Assembly: GCA_041658565.1 (NCBI GenBank)
Contig: JBAZZY010000001.1
Location: 279,405 to 343,404, forward strand
From: Actinomycetota bacterium
Lineage (GTDB): Bacteria > Actinomycetota > AC-67
Length of the DNA: 64,000 bases
Direction of reading: 5' to 3'
Each line of letters begins with the position of its first letter. Position 1 is the stretch's first letter. Shown one piece after another: positions 28,201-36,587 of the stretch. The notes beneath the pieces were generated by a model. That model saw nothing but the letters and a program-made list of their open reading frames with translations. It ran no database searches and was not told where the DNA came from. The position numbers and the translations under genes are program-made.

Positions 28201-28598
28201 CCGAGCATGCAGAAGAGCCCGTCGGAGTGCGCGCGCAGATCCTCTACCGTCGCGCACGGATCTGCGCGCTCACCACGATGGTGCGCGGCGGTAAGGATGC
28301 GGCAGAGGTTCTCGTACCCTTTGCGATCGCGTGCGAGCATCGTGACGACGAAGCGATCCTCGCGCGCAACCGCTTCGTCGTGCGCGGTCGTCAGACGCGC
28401 GCCGTAGATCGGTTTGATGTCGTACGCCGCACACGCTTGCGTGAAGCGCACAGCGCCGGCGAGTGAATCGCGATCGGTCAACGCGACCGCATTCATGCCG
28501 AGGTCGCGCGTACGCGCAGCGAGTTCGTCCAAACGAATCGCACCTTCGCGCAGCGAGTACACGGAGCGGACGGAAAGATGAGCAAACGGAGACGTCAC
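25227..28598 (-). CDS. dnaE2: error-prone DNA polymerase III alpha subunit DnaE2
   Basis: 1123 aa. PHP domain N-terminus ..FAHLSVRSVYSLREGAIRLDELAARTRDLGMNAVALTDRDSLAGAVRF resembles DnaE2 rather than DnaE1. GTG start 6 nt after the upstream small ORF. LexA box upstream of the operon. Confidence 0.85.
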   Translation of the reverse strand: MTSPFAHLSVRSVYSLREGAIRLDELAARTRDLGMNAVALTDRDSLAGAVRFTQACAAYDIKPIYGARLTTAHDEAVAREDRFVVTMLARDRKGYENLCRILTAAHHRGERADPCATVEDLRAHSDGLFCMLGPESDAGRLIARRSVDGARDCVRDWLEIFGFRRLLVEVRNRLEPGDDVIAARAAAFAEDLRLRAVATTGARALTPADAFLGDVLDAMRKLVPLSEHHRDNSNYEATLKSPREMAALFGDRPGLLAEAARVAEECDFTLELGRVQVPSYPMPRGLPQRSLNELLARNCFEGIARRGMRESPRLRATLDAELRMCARLGFAGYFLTVADIVRRIKQMGIRSACRGSAAGSLICYLTGISEVDPIEHNLVFERFMNPYRSNELPDIDLDVESARREEVYRDILRTFRPERVACVAMVDTYRARGGIREVGKALGLPESEVGLIAKSFPHISASGIHAALERLPELKRSSLRAGQMELLFNVVERLAGFPRHLALHPSGILIAPDDLLTRTPMERSANGFRMSQFDKDDVEALGLLKLDVIGIRMLSSMTMAVAEVKRTSDEDVDLDAIPREDPEAFDLIRSSRTVGCFQIESPGQRELLGKLQPERWRDLIVEISLFRPGPVQSDMIGPYLARRHGWARPVYAHPSLRACLAETFGVVVYHEQVMRAIAAATGEDLGKADQVRRELAREDRLPALREWFFERARANGWREGEIEPVWHQVSSFAAFGFCKAHAAAFAVPTYQSAWLKAHHPAAFTVGVLTHEPGMYPRRVILDDARRHGVEVQPLDVGASAREYTVERAGSAWGVRIGLMHVEGINDAEIASILQARSEREFTGVVDFCRRTSVSRPVVEALIHAGALDAFGGRRDLLLHVAGLWEGSRPRPEPTQQEFVLREPVTSWGLRPYTDVEKVRAELEVTGMDSSRHVISFYRPTLASLGVTAARDLLDCRQDERVMIAGVKVASQTPAVRSGQRIIFLTLDDGTGLTDTAVFESVQEQCAWTIFHSWLLVVRGRVRRTGARGVSITCERAWDLAALAREHRDGSLDAAALWTEGVAEIEAADAERRRSARARGRRPEPVPRAPAPRAIPMPARTPADSPAATAPRKLWHASGGSAGA

Positions 28599-28604
28599 GA
28601 CAGA

Positions 28605-28892
28605 TCAGTCCCAAACGCGAAGCATCGACCAGATCCCGGTGCGCATGTCGCGCGCCAGTTCGTACATGCCGTCGGAACCGCCGGAGCGCACCGCCGTCAC
28701 CCGCACGACCTCGCGCGCGCGCCCGCCGGCCCAGGGCTTGTCGGTCGCGTCCGGAACCTCCCACCAACCGCCGGCCTCGCGCCATTTGTGCGACACCGCG
28801 CGCACCCGGTAATGGGCGCCACGCCATCGAAATGCCGTCGGTGACCCTTCGGATGACTCGACCTCGATGGGATCTGCGTAACGCTTGGACAT
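28605..28892 (-). CDS. hypothetical protein (95 aa), first gene of the LexA-box operon
   Basis: ATG at 28892 lies 45 nt downstream of the SOS box. Trp/Arg-rich (..FRWRGAHYRVRAVSHKWREAGGWWEV..). No recognisable RecA/ImuA fold. Stop is 6 nt from the dnaE2 start. Confidence 0.55.
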   Translation of the reverse strand: MSKRYADPIEVESSEGSPTAFRWRGAHYRVRAVSHKWREAGGWWEVPDATDKPWAGGRAREVVRVTAVRSGGSDGMYELARDMRTGIWSMLRVWD

Positions 28893-28936
28893 CGATATGC
28901 CCGGCCACCCAGCGGCGTGCCGGCCCCCTTGTAGAC

Positions 28937-28952
28937 TCGAACATATGTTCGA
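28937..28952. promoter_or_regulatory. LexA (SOS) box, actinobacterial Cheo-type TCGAAC-N4-GTTCGA
   Basis: Perfect palindrome TCGAACATATGTTCGA. The internal TATGTT is -10-like. It sits in the intergenic region upstream of the small ORF-dnaE2-dinB operon. Confidence 0.7.
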
Positions 28953-29076
28953 GTCCTGAACGATACGCCGCCGGTCGCGCGCGCGTCAAGCAGTTACAAG
29001 GAACCGTCCCATCTTCCTGGAAAACCCCCCGATTTCAGCATGGACCCACCCGAGGCGATTCGATCTACTGGGCCAC

Positions 29077-30270
29077 ATGGATACCGCACGAAAGGCGGAG
29101 ACCCTCACCGAGGAACCGCTGATTGAGGCGATCGCCGACATCACCTCGGCCCTGGACCTCTCAGAAGTGCTCGCGCGCACCTTCGCCGGCGTGCGCAGCA
29201 TCGCGCGCCCGTCCGGCATCGGGATCCAACTCGTCCAAGACGGAATGCTGGTGAGCACCGCATCCGATCCGCCATCGACCGAAGATGCCCCCATCGTCCA
29301 CATTCCGATCGGCGAGGGAATGACGGGGATCGTCGCTGCAGACAACGAACCGCTCTACATCCCCGACATCTCCCGTGATCCTCGCGTACACGCGAACGGC
29401 GCCAGGAGCGCGCGCACATACCTCGTCCTTCCCCTATCCAGGGCCGGCGAGGTGATCGGCGTGATGCAACTTGACTCGCACCGCGAGGACGCCTTTTCAC
29501 CCCAGGAGCGCGCGCATCTGCTTTCGCTGGCTCCCGTCGTCGCCGCCGCGATCGGAACCGCGCAAGCCATCGAACGCCAACGAGTAGACCTCGAGCGTCA
29601 AGCCGAGCAATTGACCCGCGACTTCTTGTCGGTCGTGCGCCACGAGTTGCGCACGCCCTTGACCTCGATCACCGGCTTCGGATTCACACTCGCCCAGCAG
29701 GCCGACCGCCTGGACTCCGCAACCGTCGCCGAGATCGGACGGCGCATCCGCAGAGCCGGCGGGCGTCTGGAGCGCATGATCACCGACATGATCGACGTGA
29801 CCCAAATCGACCACGGAACCATGACGGTCGCAATCGAGCCCGTCGCCGTCGATCTGATCCTTCGCGAAGCCGCCGACGAACAAGGAGACGAGGAGCATCC
29901 GGTATCCGTCACCGTCGAATCCGATCTGCCGCGCGCCATGGCCGATGCCCTTCATCTACACCAGATCGTTGCGAATCTGCTCGGCAACGCTCGCAAGTTC
30001 TCACCCACCGGAAGCCCCATCAGTCTGCGCGCTTTCCTCGACGAGGACGCTATCGTCATCCAGGTAACCGACCGCGGCGTGGGCATCCCGCAAGATTTGC
30101 AGGAACGCATATTCGAGCGGTTCTTCCGCATCGGGAGTCAATCACGCGGTTTGGGGGTAGGGCTCTACCTCGCCCGGCAACAGTGCGCCGGTATGGGCGC
30201 CACCATCGGGGTTCACAGCCGTCCGGGGAACGGGGCAACATTTACGTTGCGACTGCGCCGCGAGCACTGA
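29077..30270 (+). CDS. GAF-domain sensor histidine kinase (HisKA + HATPase_c), orphan
   Basis: N-terminal GAF domain, H-box ..VVRHELRTPLTSITGF.., N-box ..LHQIVANLLGNARKF.., and G-boxes ..DRGVGIP.. and ..GLGVGLYL... No adjacent response regulator. Confidence 0.8.
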   Translation: MDTARKAETLTEEPLIEAIADITSALDLSEVLARTFAGVRSIARPSGIGIQLVQDGMLVSTASDPPSTEDAPIVHIPIGEGMTGIVAADNEPLYIPDISRDPRVHANGARSARTYLVLPLSRAGEVIGVMQLDSHREDAFSPQERAHLLSLAPVVAAAIGTAQAIERQRVDLERQAEQLTRDFLSVVRHELRTPLTSITGFGFTLAQQADRLDSATVAEIGRRIRRAGGRLERMITDMIDVTQIDHGTMTVAIEPVAVDLILREAADEQGDEEHPVSVTVESDLPRAMADALHLHQIVANLLGNARKFSPTGSPISLRAFLDEDAIVIQVTDRGVGIPQDLQERIFERFFRIGSQSRGLGVGLYLARQQCAGMGATIGVHSRPGNGATFTLRLRREH

Positions 30271-30322
30271 CCCCCGGCCGAACGCTCCCGGGCCCCATGC
30301 ACGGATTCGGGTGAAGCAACGC

Positions 30323-30835
30323 TCAGTCGCTAACCGCGCCCTCGGCGGCCAACAGACACCGCTTCGCGCGCGCGCCCCCCATCCCGTACTCCCCCAGCGA
30401 ACCGTCGGACCGCACGACGCGATGGCACGGGACAAGCAGCGGAACAGGATTGCGCGCAAGCGCCGTTCCTACGGCGCGCGCCGCACGTGGCCGACCGATC
30501 GCTTCGGCAATCTCCGCATAGCTGCACACTGAACCACGCGGAATCGCAGATGTAGCTTTCAGGACTGCGCGCGCGAAGGGGCGCATGACCGACCAGTCGA
30601 CAACGGAGCCATCCCCGTTTTGCATCGCCACGCGCACGCGCCGGATGAACGCCGCTCCCGGGTCATCGCGCTTGGGCCGCGCGCCGAGTGCGCGAGTCGC
30701 TGCGCGCAAGAACACCGCCTCCGACCCCGTTTCGACGATGACGACGCCATCGTCGCCGTAGGCGAACCACCCCGGCCCGAGGAGCGTCTCGATCGCCGCG
30801 TACCGAAAGGCCTTCGAATCCACCTTGGCAGCCAC
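30323..30835 (-). CDS. ogt: methylated-DNA--protein-cysteine methyltransferase
   Basis: Active-site ..VPCHRVVRSDGSLGEYGMG.. (PCHR motif). Start 9 nt after the thiE stop, so likely co-transcribed with the thi operon. Confidence 0.85.
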   Translation of the reverse strand: MAAKVDSKAFRYAAIETLLGPGWFAYGDDGVVIVETGSEAVFLRAATRALGARPKRDDPGAAFIRRVRVAMQNGDGSVVDWSVMRPFARAVLKATSAIPRGSVCSYAEIAEAIGRPRAARAVGTALARNPVPLLVPCHRVVRSDGSLGEYGMGGARAKRCLLAAEGAVSD

Positions 30836-30844
30836 CCCCGAATG

Positions 30845-31483
30845 CTAGCGCGCGCCCAGGACCGCGCGCAGGCCGCGAACGGCCGCGGCAGGGTCAACCG
30901 CTTCGGTGATCGCGCGCACGACAACAACCCCGCGCGCGCCCGCCGCCAGAACCTCTGGAAGCGACTCCGCATCCATGCCTCCGGTGACGAAGAACGGATA
31001 TGTCGACTCGGCCGCGGCAACGCGCACAAGCTCGAGCCCGACACCCGGCCGCCCGGGCTTCGTCGGCGTCGCCCGCACCGGTCCGACACCGATGTAGTCG
31101 ACCGGCTCGACGCTCGCGACACGCACTTCGGACGCGGTGTGAGTCGAGCGTCCGACGAGAAGTTCGGGCCCCACCAGCGACCGCGCGTGCTCCGGCGGCA
31201 AATCGTCCTGACCGACGTGAACGCCGTCTGCGCCGGCGACGACGGCCAGATCCGCGCGATCGTTGACGATAAACAGCGCACCATGCCGGTCGCACGCTGC
31301 GCGAAACACCTCCGCCGCGCGCAACTGCGCCGCCGCATCGGCGTGCTTGTCACGCAATTGCACGATGTCCACTCCCGCGCCGAGAACTTCGTCGAGGAAC
31401 ACTGCGAGGTCCTCGCGGATCCCGACGCACAGGTACAGCCGGGCATCCCGCAAGCGCGCACGGCGCGCGTCGGCGGTCATGCT
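30845..31483 (-). CDS. thiE: thiamine-phosphate synthase
   Basis: ..LYLCVG.. , ..IVQLRDK.. , ..FIVNDRADLA.. , ..DYIGVGPV..T.TKPG.. ThiE motifs. Start taken at the internal ATG; the track ORF is over-extended. Confidence 0.8.
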   Translation of the reverse strand, partial: SMTADARRARLRDARLYLCVGIREDLAVFLDEVLGAGVDIVQLRDKHADAAAQLRAAEVFRAACDRHGALFIVNDRADLAVVAGADGVHVGQDDLPPEHARSLVGPELLVGRSTHTASEVRVASVEPVDYIGVGPVRATPTKPGRPGVGLELVRVAAAESTYPFFVTGGMDAESLPEVLAAGARGVVVVRAITEAVDPAAAVRGLRAVLGAR

Positions 31484-31686
31484 CCTCCCGCGACGGCGCG
31501 CACGATTTCGAGCCGATCCCCGTCGACCAGGTACACGCTCGCGTAGCGCGCGCGCTCCAACGGCTCGCCGTTGACTTCGACCACGACCCACTCCGACTTC
31601 CATCCGAAGGCGGCCAGCAGGTCGGCGACGGTCTCACCCGATTCCACTTCGCGCGGCTTTCCGTTCGCGACGATCCTCACCGGCAT
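31477..31686 (-). CDS. thiS: sulfur-carrier protein ThiS
   Basis: Core MPVRIVANGKPREVESGETVADLLAAF.... C-terminal GG. Position between thiH and thiE. Track ORF over-extended. Confidence 0.6.
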   Translation of the reverse strand: MPVRIVANGKPREVESGETVADLLAAFGWKSEWVVVEVNGEPLERARYASVYLVDGDRLEIVRAVAGGA

Positions 31687-31687
31687 C

Positions 31688-32824
31688 TCACACCACGGCG
31701 AGTGGGGCGCGCATCGAGGCGTCCCAGTCCTTCCATACAACTTCGTATCCCATCGCGCGCAAGGTGGCCGCGACCTCGGCGGCCGAACGAGTGTCGTCGA
31801 CTTCGAACTGTGAACCCGAAGCGTCCGGCGTTGAGTACCCGCCGGGGTCGGTATGCGACCCCGCGCTGGTGTGCGTAATCCCCAGCGGCACCAGATGATC
31901 GCGGAACTCCCCGCCCTCGCGCGTGCTCATCACCAAACCCGCATCCGGCAGCAACAGGCGGAATGCACACAAAGTCTGCGCGAACTCCCGGTCGGTGATC
32001 GGCTCCTTCGGCGAATACTCACTGGAACTGGGACGGATTCGCGGCATGCTGACGGTGAGTTCGGTGCGCCATGCCACCTTGAGCATGTGCAGCGCGTGCG
32101 CGGCGACCGCGACCGCATCCTCGCGCCACGGTTCGTGCAAGCCGAGCAGCGCCCCGATCCCCACGCGGCGCGCGCCCGCGCGCGCCGCGCGCTCGGGAGC
32201 CTCCAACCGCCAGTCGTACTTGCGTTTCTTCCCAAGGACGTGGAACGCGCGGTAGGTCTCGCGGTCGTAGGTCTCCTGGTAGATCACGACACCGTTGCAT
32301 CCGGCGTCCATCAAGCGCGCGTATTGCTCCTCGGACCACACCTGTACCTCAACCGAGATCTGCGGCATGATCTCACGGACGGCAGTGATGTGCTCAACCA
32401 AGAAGTCCACGCCCGTGAACTTCTGGTTCTCTCCCGTGAGCAGCAGAATGTGACGAAACCCCTGGGCGTGAAGGAACTGCGCCTCGGCCGTCGCCTCGGC
32501 GATGCTGAGCGTGCGTCGGGGAACATCCAACGTTCGCGCGAATCCGCAGTACGTGCACGTGGACAAGCACTCGTTCGACAAATACAGCGGCGCATACATG
32601 TGTACGGTCTTTCCGAAGCGCCGCTCGGTCAGGTCATGCGAAGCCCGCGCAATCTCCTCCAGGCGCGCGCCGGCCACCGGCCCTATGAGAGCCGCGAAGT
32701 CCCACAGATCTCGATCGCCGGCCCGCTTTGCGAGCGCACGATCGACGTCCGCATCTCTCGCCGTCATCGCGAACGAAGCCAACTCGGTGATCGGCGTCGC
32801 TTCCAGGACCTCGAGGAAGCTCAC
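31688..32824 (-). CDS. thiH: 2-iminoacetate synthase (tyrosine lyase), radical SAM
   Basis: Radical-SAM CxxxCxxC ..[10 protein letters not shown]... ThiH/biotin-synthase-like length. Lies in the thi operon. Confidence 0.8.
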   Translation of the reverse strand: MSFLEVLEATPITELASFAMTARDADVDRALAKRAGDRDLWDFAALIGPVAGARLEEIARASHDLTERRFGKTVHMYAPLYLSNECLSTCTYCGFARTLDVPRRTLSIAEATAEAQFLHAQGFRHILLLTGENQKFTGVDFLVEHITAVREIMPQISVEVQVWSEEQYARLMDAGCNGVVIYQETYDRETYRAFHVLGKKRKYDWRLEAPERAARAGARRVGIGALLGLHEPWREDAVAVAAHALHMLKVAWRTELTVSMPRIRPSSSEYSPKEPITDREFAQTLCAFRLLLPDAGLVMSTREGGEFRDHLVPLGITHTSAGSHTDPGGYSTPDASGSQFEVDDTRSAAEVAATLRAMGYEVVWKDWDASMRAPLAVV

Positions 32825-33624
32825 TGCCGCACGCGGTCGAGGAATCCGGTCAGCGGGCTCGATGCCTCCGCCCCCGCGCGCGTCGGTGCAAGACCCGCAA
32901 GATACGCTTCTCGACCGGCGATGACGGCACCGCGGAACGCCTGAGCCATCCCGACGGGATCGCGCGCAACGGCGATCGCCGTGTTCACCAGGACCGCGTC
33001 CACGCCCATCTCCATCGCCTCGGCGGCGTGCGACGGTGCGCCGAGTCCGGCGTCAACGACGACCGGAACACCGGACTGCTCCACGATTATCCGCACGGCG
33101 TCGCGCGACCGCAGCCCCTGGTTCGAACCGATCCACGAGCCGAGCGGCATGACCGTCGCGCAGCCGGCCTCCTCACATCGCTTTGCCAAAACCGGATCCG
33201 CATTGATGTACGGCAGCACCGTGAATCCATCGGCGACCAAACGCTCGGCCGCGCGCAAGGTTTCGATCGGGTCGGGCAGCAGGTAGCGCGGATCGGGAGT
33301 GACCTCCAACTTCACCCACGCCGGCAGCCCCATTGCGCGCGCCAGCTTCGCCAAGCGGACAGCCTCGTCCGCATCGATGGCCCCCGAAGTGTTGGGGAGA
33401 ATCAGGTATCGGTCCTGATCTACGAACTCCAGGATGTCGGGACCGCCGGTTGCGTCCAAGTCCACGCGCCGCAGCGCCACGGTCACCATCTCGGTGCCGG
33501 TTGCGTCCAAGGCGTCCCGCATGATCTCGCCGCCGGAGAACTTCCCCGTTCCGGTAATCAGACGCGACCCGAACTCACGGCCGGCAATCGTCAGCCGATC
33601 CTTCGAGCAGGCACCGTTGCGCAT
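32821..33624 (-). CDS. thiG: thiazole synthase
   Basis: ..LITGTGKF.. and ..LPNTSGA.. ThiG motifs. ATG 33624 is preceded by GGAGGGAG, which is part of the riboswitch 3' end. Confidence 0.85.
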   Translation of the reverse strand: MRNGACSKDRLTIAGREFGSRLITGTGKFSGGEIMRDALDATGTEMVTVALRRVDLDATGGPDILEFVDQDRYLILPNTSGAIDADEAVRLAKLARAMGLPAWVKLEVTPDPRYLLPDPIETLRAAERLVADGFTVLPYINADPVLAKRCEEAGCATVMPLGSWIGSNQGLRSRDAVRIIVEQSGVPVVVDAGLGAPSHAAEAMEMGVDAVLVNTAIAVARDPVGMAQAFRGAVIAGREAYLAGLAPTRAGAEASSPLTGFLDRVRQ

Positions 33625-33627
33625 TCG

Positions 33628-33715
33628 TTCTCCCTCCGCCGGCATTGTCCGGATCAGGTTCTGTGGGTCGCCGCGGTTCTCAGCGGCCTCTCAGCCCGGT
33701 TCGCCCGAGCTCCCC
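33628..33715 (-). ncRNA. TPP (THI-box) riboswitch controlling thiG-thiH-thiS-thiE(-ogt)
   Basis: Minus strand reads GGGGAGCUCGGGCGAACCGGGCUGAGAGGCCGCUGAGAACCGCGGCGACCCACAGAACCUGAUCCGGACAAUGCCGGCGGAGGGAG. It contains conserved CUGAGA, ACCC and GAACCUGAUCCGGAUAAUGCCGGCG.AGGGA elements. TACAAT -10 at 33732-33727 puts the TSS near the aptamer 5' end. Confidence 0.8.
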
Positions 33716-33788
33716 GTTCGCGGCCTATTGTATTCCGCGGCCGCGCGCGCGGCGCGGCCGTCCTCTCCGGCTCCCGCGACGGCAGATC

Positions 33789-34670
33789 TCAGAGCCGCGC
33801 GAGCCACCGCAAATCGGTCTCGCGCATTCTGCGGGGCGTGACTCCGAAAGCGCGCGCGGCAGAATCGAGGTCGCAGGTGTTGTCGAGTACAACCATGTCC
33901 AGCTGCTGGTTGGTCACCAGCGGCTCACGTCGGAGACCCTGCATGAACGCAAACGGACGAGCTGCAAATAGAGGAATGCTCACCAGCCTGCGCCGTCTGC
34001 CCAGAGCCTCCATCACTACTTCCACGATCGCGCGGAAGTCCATGACATCCGGCCCCCCGAGGTCAACCGACTCGCCCATGCACGCCCCGTCCAGCGCGCG
34101 CACGACGCACGCCGCAAGGTCCTCGACGGCCAACGGCTGAAACCGCGTCCGGCCGCCCTTGGGGAGCGGGTATACCGGCATCCACCGCAAGGTCCACACA
34201 ATCGGCCTGAAGAATCCCGCCTCCGGGCCGAACAGCGCACTCGGACGAAGAACCGTCCAGTCCATGCTGCTGCCTCGGACGGCCTCCTCTCCCTGCCACT
34301 TCGAGCGCAGATAGGGGAAACGGTCGTCGGGCGCCGCCCCCAACGCCGACAAGTGCACGAACCGGCGGACTCCGGCTTCGGCGCACGCGCTAACAAGGTT
34401 CTGGGTTCCAAGCACGTTGACGTTTTCGAACGTCTGCTCTGCGCGCGGCACGATCACGGCGACCAAGTGCACGCACGCGTCCATTCCCTCAGCCACCACA
34501 CGCACCTGCGCCCGGTCGGCAACGCTGCCCCGGACGACATCCACTTCACCTGGGAGCGTCCCATCGCGCACGCCGCGCGCCAGCGCCCGCACCGAGTGCC
34601 CGGCATCCAGCAAGGCCGGGATGATCCCGCGACCAACAAAGCCGGTCGCGCCCGTCACCAGGACCTTCAT
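33789..34670 (-). CDS. NAD(P)-dependent epimerase/dehydratase, NmrA/NDUFA9-like SDR
   Basis: N-terminal Rossmann MKVLVTGATGFVGRGIIPALLDAGHSV. Confidence 0.7.
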   Translation of the reverse strand: MKVLVTGATGFVGRGIIPALLDAGHSVRALARGVRDGTLPGEVDVVRGSVADRAQVRVVAEGMDACVHLVAVIVPRAEQTFENVNVLGTQNLVSACAEAGVRRFVHLSALGAAPDDRFPYLRSKWQGEEAVRGSSMDWTVLRPSALFGPEAGFFRPIVWTLRWMPVYPLPKGGRTRFQPLAVEDLAACVVRALDGACMGESVDLGGPDVMDFRAIVEVVMEALGRRRRLVSIPLFAARPFAFMQGLRREPLVTNQQLDMVVLDNTCDLDSAARAFGVTPRRMRETDLRWLARL

Positions 34671-34700
34671 AGCTGAAGTCTATGCGACGCCTTCCCTCGG

Positions 34701-36581
34701 GTGCGCCCCCGTGCGCGTCAACCCTCAAAGCGAGACGTACACTTCCTCTTCGTGGACACAACCTCCGACCGCACGGCAAAGACGGTCGTCGGCGGCCGCT
34801 ACGAGATCAACGGCCTCATCGCATCCGGCGGCATGGGCTCGGTATATCGCGCCCGCGACACGGTGCTCGATCGCGTCGTCGCGCTCAAAGTGCTATCCGC
34901 CGGAGGTGCGGATCCGGACTTCGTAGCGCGCTTCCGAACAGAAGCGACGAACGCCGCCCGCCTGTCGCACCCAAACATCGTGCAGGTTTACGACTTCGGC
35001 TACGAGGACTCGGCCCCGTACATGGCGATGGAATACGTCGATGGACAGACGCTTCGCGGAGTGCTCGCCGAGCGGCGTATCCTGCGCCCAGACCAAGTTG
35101 TTCGCATCGGAGAACAGGTCGCGGCCGCGCTCGAAACCGCCCGTCGCGCCGGAATCGTCCATCGGGACATCAAGCCCGAGAACATCCTCGTGACGACCGA
35201 CGGACACGTGAAGGTTGCGGATTTCGGCCTCTCCAGAGCCTTGGCGGAATCACGCGCCACGCAGGCCGGCATGCTGATCGGCACAGCGCACTATCTCGCC
35301 CCGGAACAAGTCGCCGGGCACGAGTCCGACCACCGGGCGGACATCTACGCGCTGGGCGTTGTGCTGTTCGAAGCGCTCACGGGCCGCACACCCTTCACGG
35401 GAGACTCCCCGGTAGTAGTGGCCTACAAGCGTGTAACCGAGGACGTTCCGAGCGCCATGACGATCAACCCGAGCGTTCCGCCCGAACTGGACGCGGTCGT
35501 CGCGCGGGCAACCGCGCGCGACCCCGCCGAGCGCACGGCAACTGCGGGAATCCTGGCCGCCGAGTTGCATCACGCGGTCCCAACGGTCGGAGGAGACCTC
35601 GGGATCGCAGTCCACCACACCACGGCGATCCCGATCACCGGGCAGGAGACCATCGTCCTTCGCGCTCCGACCACACGCGCGGCGCGCCGGCGGCGCCGGC
35701 GCCTGCCGTTGCGCCTGCTGGCGGCCCTTGCCGTCCTGGTAACGCTCGGCGGCGTACTGACGGTGGCGGGTCCACTTGCATCTGTCACGGTTCCCTCGGT
35801 CACAGGCTCGAATCAACAACAAGCGGCCGCGACCCTGCGCAAGGCCGGACTGCGCAGCGAAGTAACCCTTAGGAACCACGACGCGGTGGAGTCGGGACTG
35901 ATTCTGTCGCAAACGCCCGCACCGGGCGCGCGCGCGCGCCGCGGCGAAACGGTTTCCCTGGTCGTGTCCATCGGACCCAAACTGATCGCCGTTCCCGCCA
36001 TCGTCGGAATGAGCTTCGACAAAGCCGTCACAGCCCTGAGGGATCGCGGCTTTTCTGTATTTCATCGCACCGACATAAACCACGACACCGCCCCGAAGTT
36101 GCAGGTCGTCGGACAGGACCCCGAAGCAGGACAAGAGGTGCGGCGAGAAGCCCCCATCACCCTCTCGGTTTCCCAGGGGCCGCGCATGGTGCGCGTGCCG
36201 AACGTCACCGGGGACCCCGAGGCGAGCGCCCGCGGCGACCTCGACGCCGCCGGCCTGGAAGTGAAGGTGCGACGGGAAGCCGACATGTCGGTTCCCAAAG
36301 GCCGCGTAGTGTCGCAGAATCCCGCGGCCGGTCGCAGTGTTCGAGCGGGAACGACGATAACCATCGTTGTAAGCAGCGGCCCTCCGCTTGTGGCGGTGCC
36401 GAATCTCGAGTGCATGACGCGCAAGCAAGCCGAAGAAGCGCTCGCTACAGCGGGGCTCCGCGCTAAGTTCGGCGGGCGCGGCAAACGCGTCGTCGATCAA
36501 TCACCCGGACCTTCGCAGAAGGCCACGAAGGGCTCCACCGTGACCGTATTGCTGGGCATCGGGTCGTTCTGTACGTCGTAA
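34701..36581 (+). CDS. Ser/Thr protein kinase with C-terminal PASTA repeats (PknB-like)
   Basis: Kinase G-loop ..GLIASGGMGSVYRARD.., catalytic ..HRDIKPENILV.. and DFG, a TM segment (LLAALAVLVTLGGVL), then 3-4 PASTA units (..VPSVTGSNQQQAAATLRKAGL.. , ..VPAIVGMSFDKAVTAL.. , ..VPNVTGDPEASARGDL.. , ..VPNLECMTRKQAEEAL..). GTG start at 34701; the in-frame GTG at 34752 is an alternative. Confidence 0.85.
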   Translation: MRPRARQPSKRDVHFLFVDTTSDRTAKTVVGGRYEINGLIASGGMGSVYRARDTVLDRVVALKVLSAGGADPDFVARFRTEATNAARLSHPNIVQVYDFGYEDSAPYMAMEYVDGQTLRGVLAERRILRPDQVVRIGEQVAAALETARRAGIVHRDIKPENILVTTDGHVKVADFGLSRALAESRATQAGMLIGTAHYLAPEQVAGHESDHRADIYALGVVLFEALTGRTPFTGDSPVVVAYKRVTEDVPSAMTINPSVPPELDAVVARATARDPAERTATAGILAAELHHAVPTVGGDLGIAVHHTTAIPITGQETIVLRAPTTRAARRRRRRLPLRLLAALAVLVTLGGVLTVAGPLASVTVPSVTGSNQQQAAATLRKAGLRSEVTLRNHDAVESGLILSQTPAPGARARRGETVSLVVSIGPKLIAVPAIVGMSFDKAVTALRDRGFSVFHRTDINHDTAPKLQVVGQDPEAGQEVRREAPITLSVSQGPRMVRVPNVTGDPEASARGDLDAAGLEVKVRREADMSVPKGRVVSQNPAAGRSVRAGTTITIVVSSGPPLVAVPNLECMTRKQAEEALATAGLRAKFGGRGKRVVDQSPGPSQKATKGSTVTVLLGIGSFCTS

Positions 36582-36587
36582 AGGCCC

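Noticed and set aside
26097-28466. 789-aa plus-strand ORF antisense to dnaE2
   Set aside because: Shadow ORF. The minus strand encodes a full-length DnaE2 with PHP and polymerase motifs.
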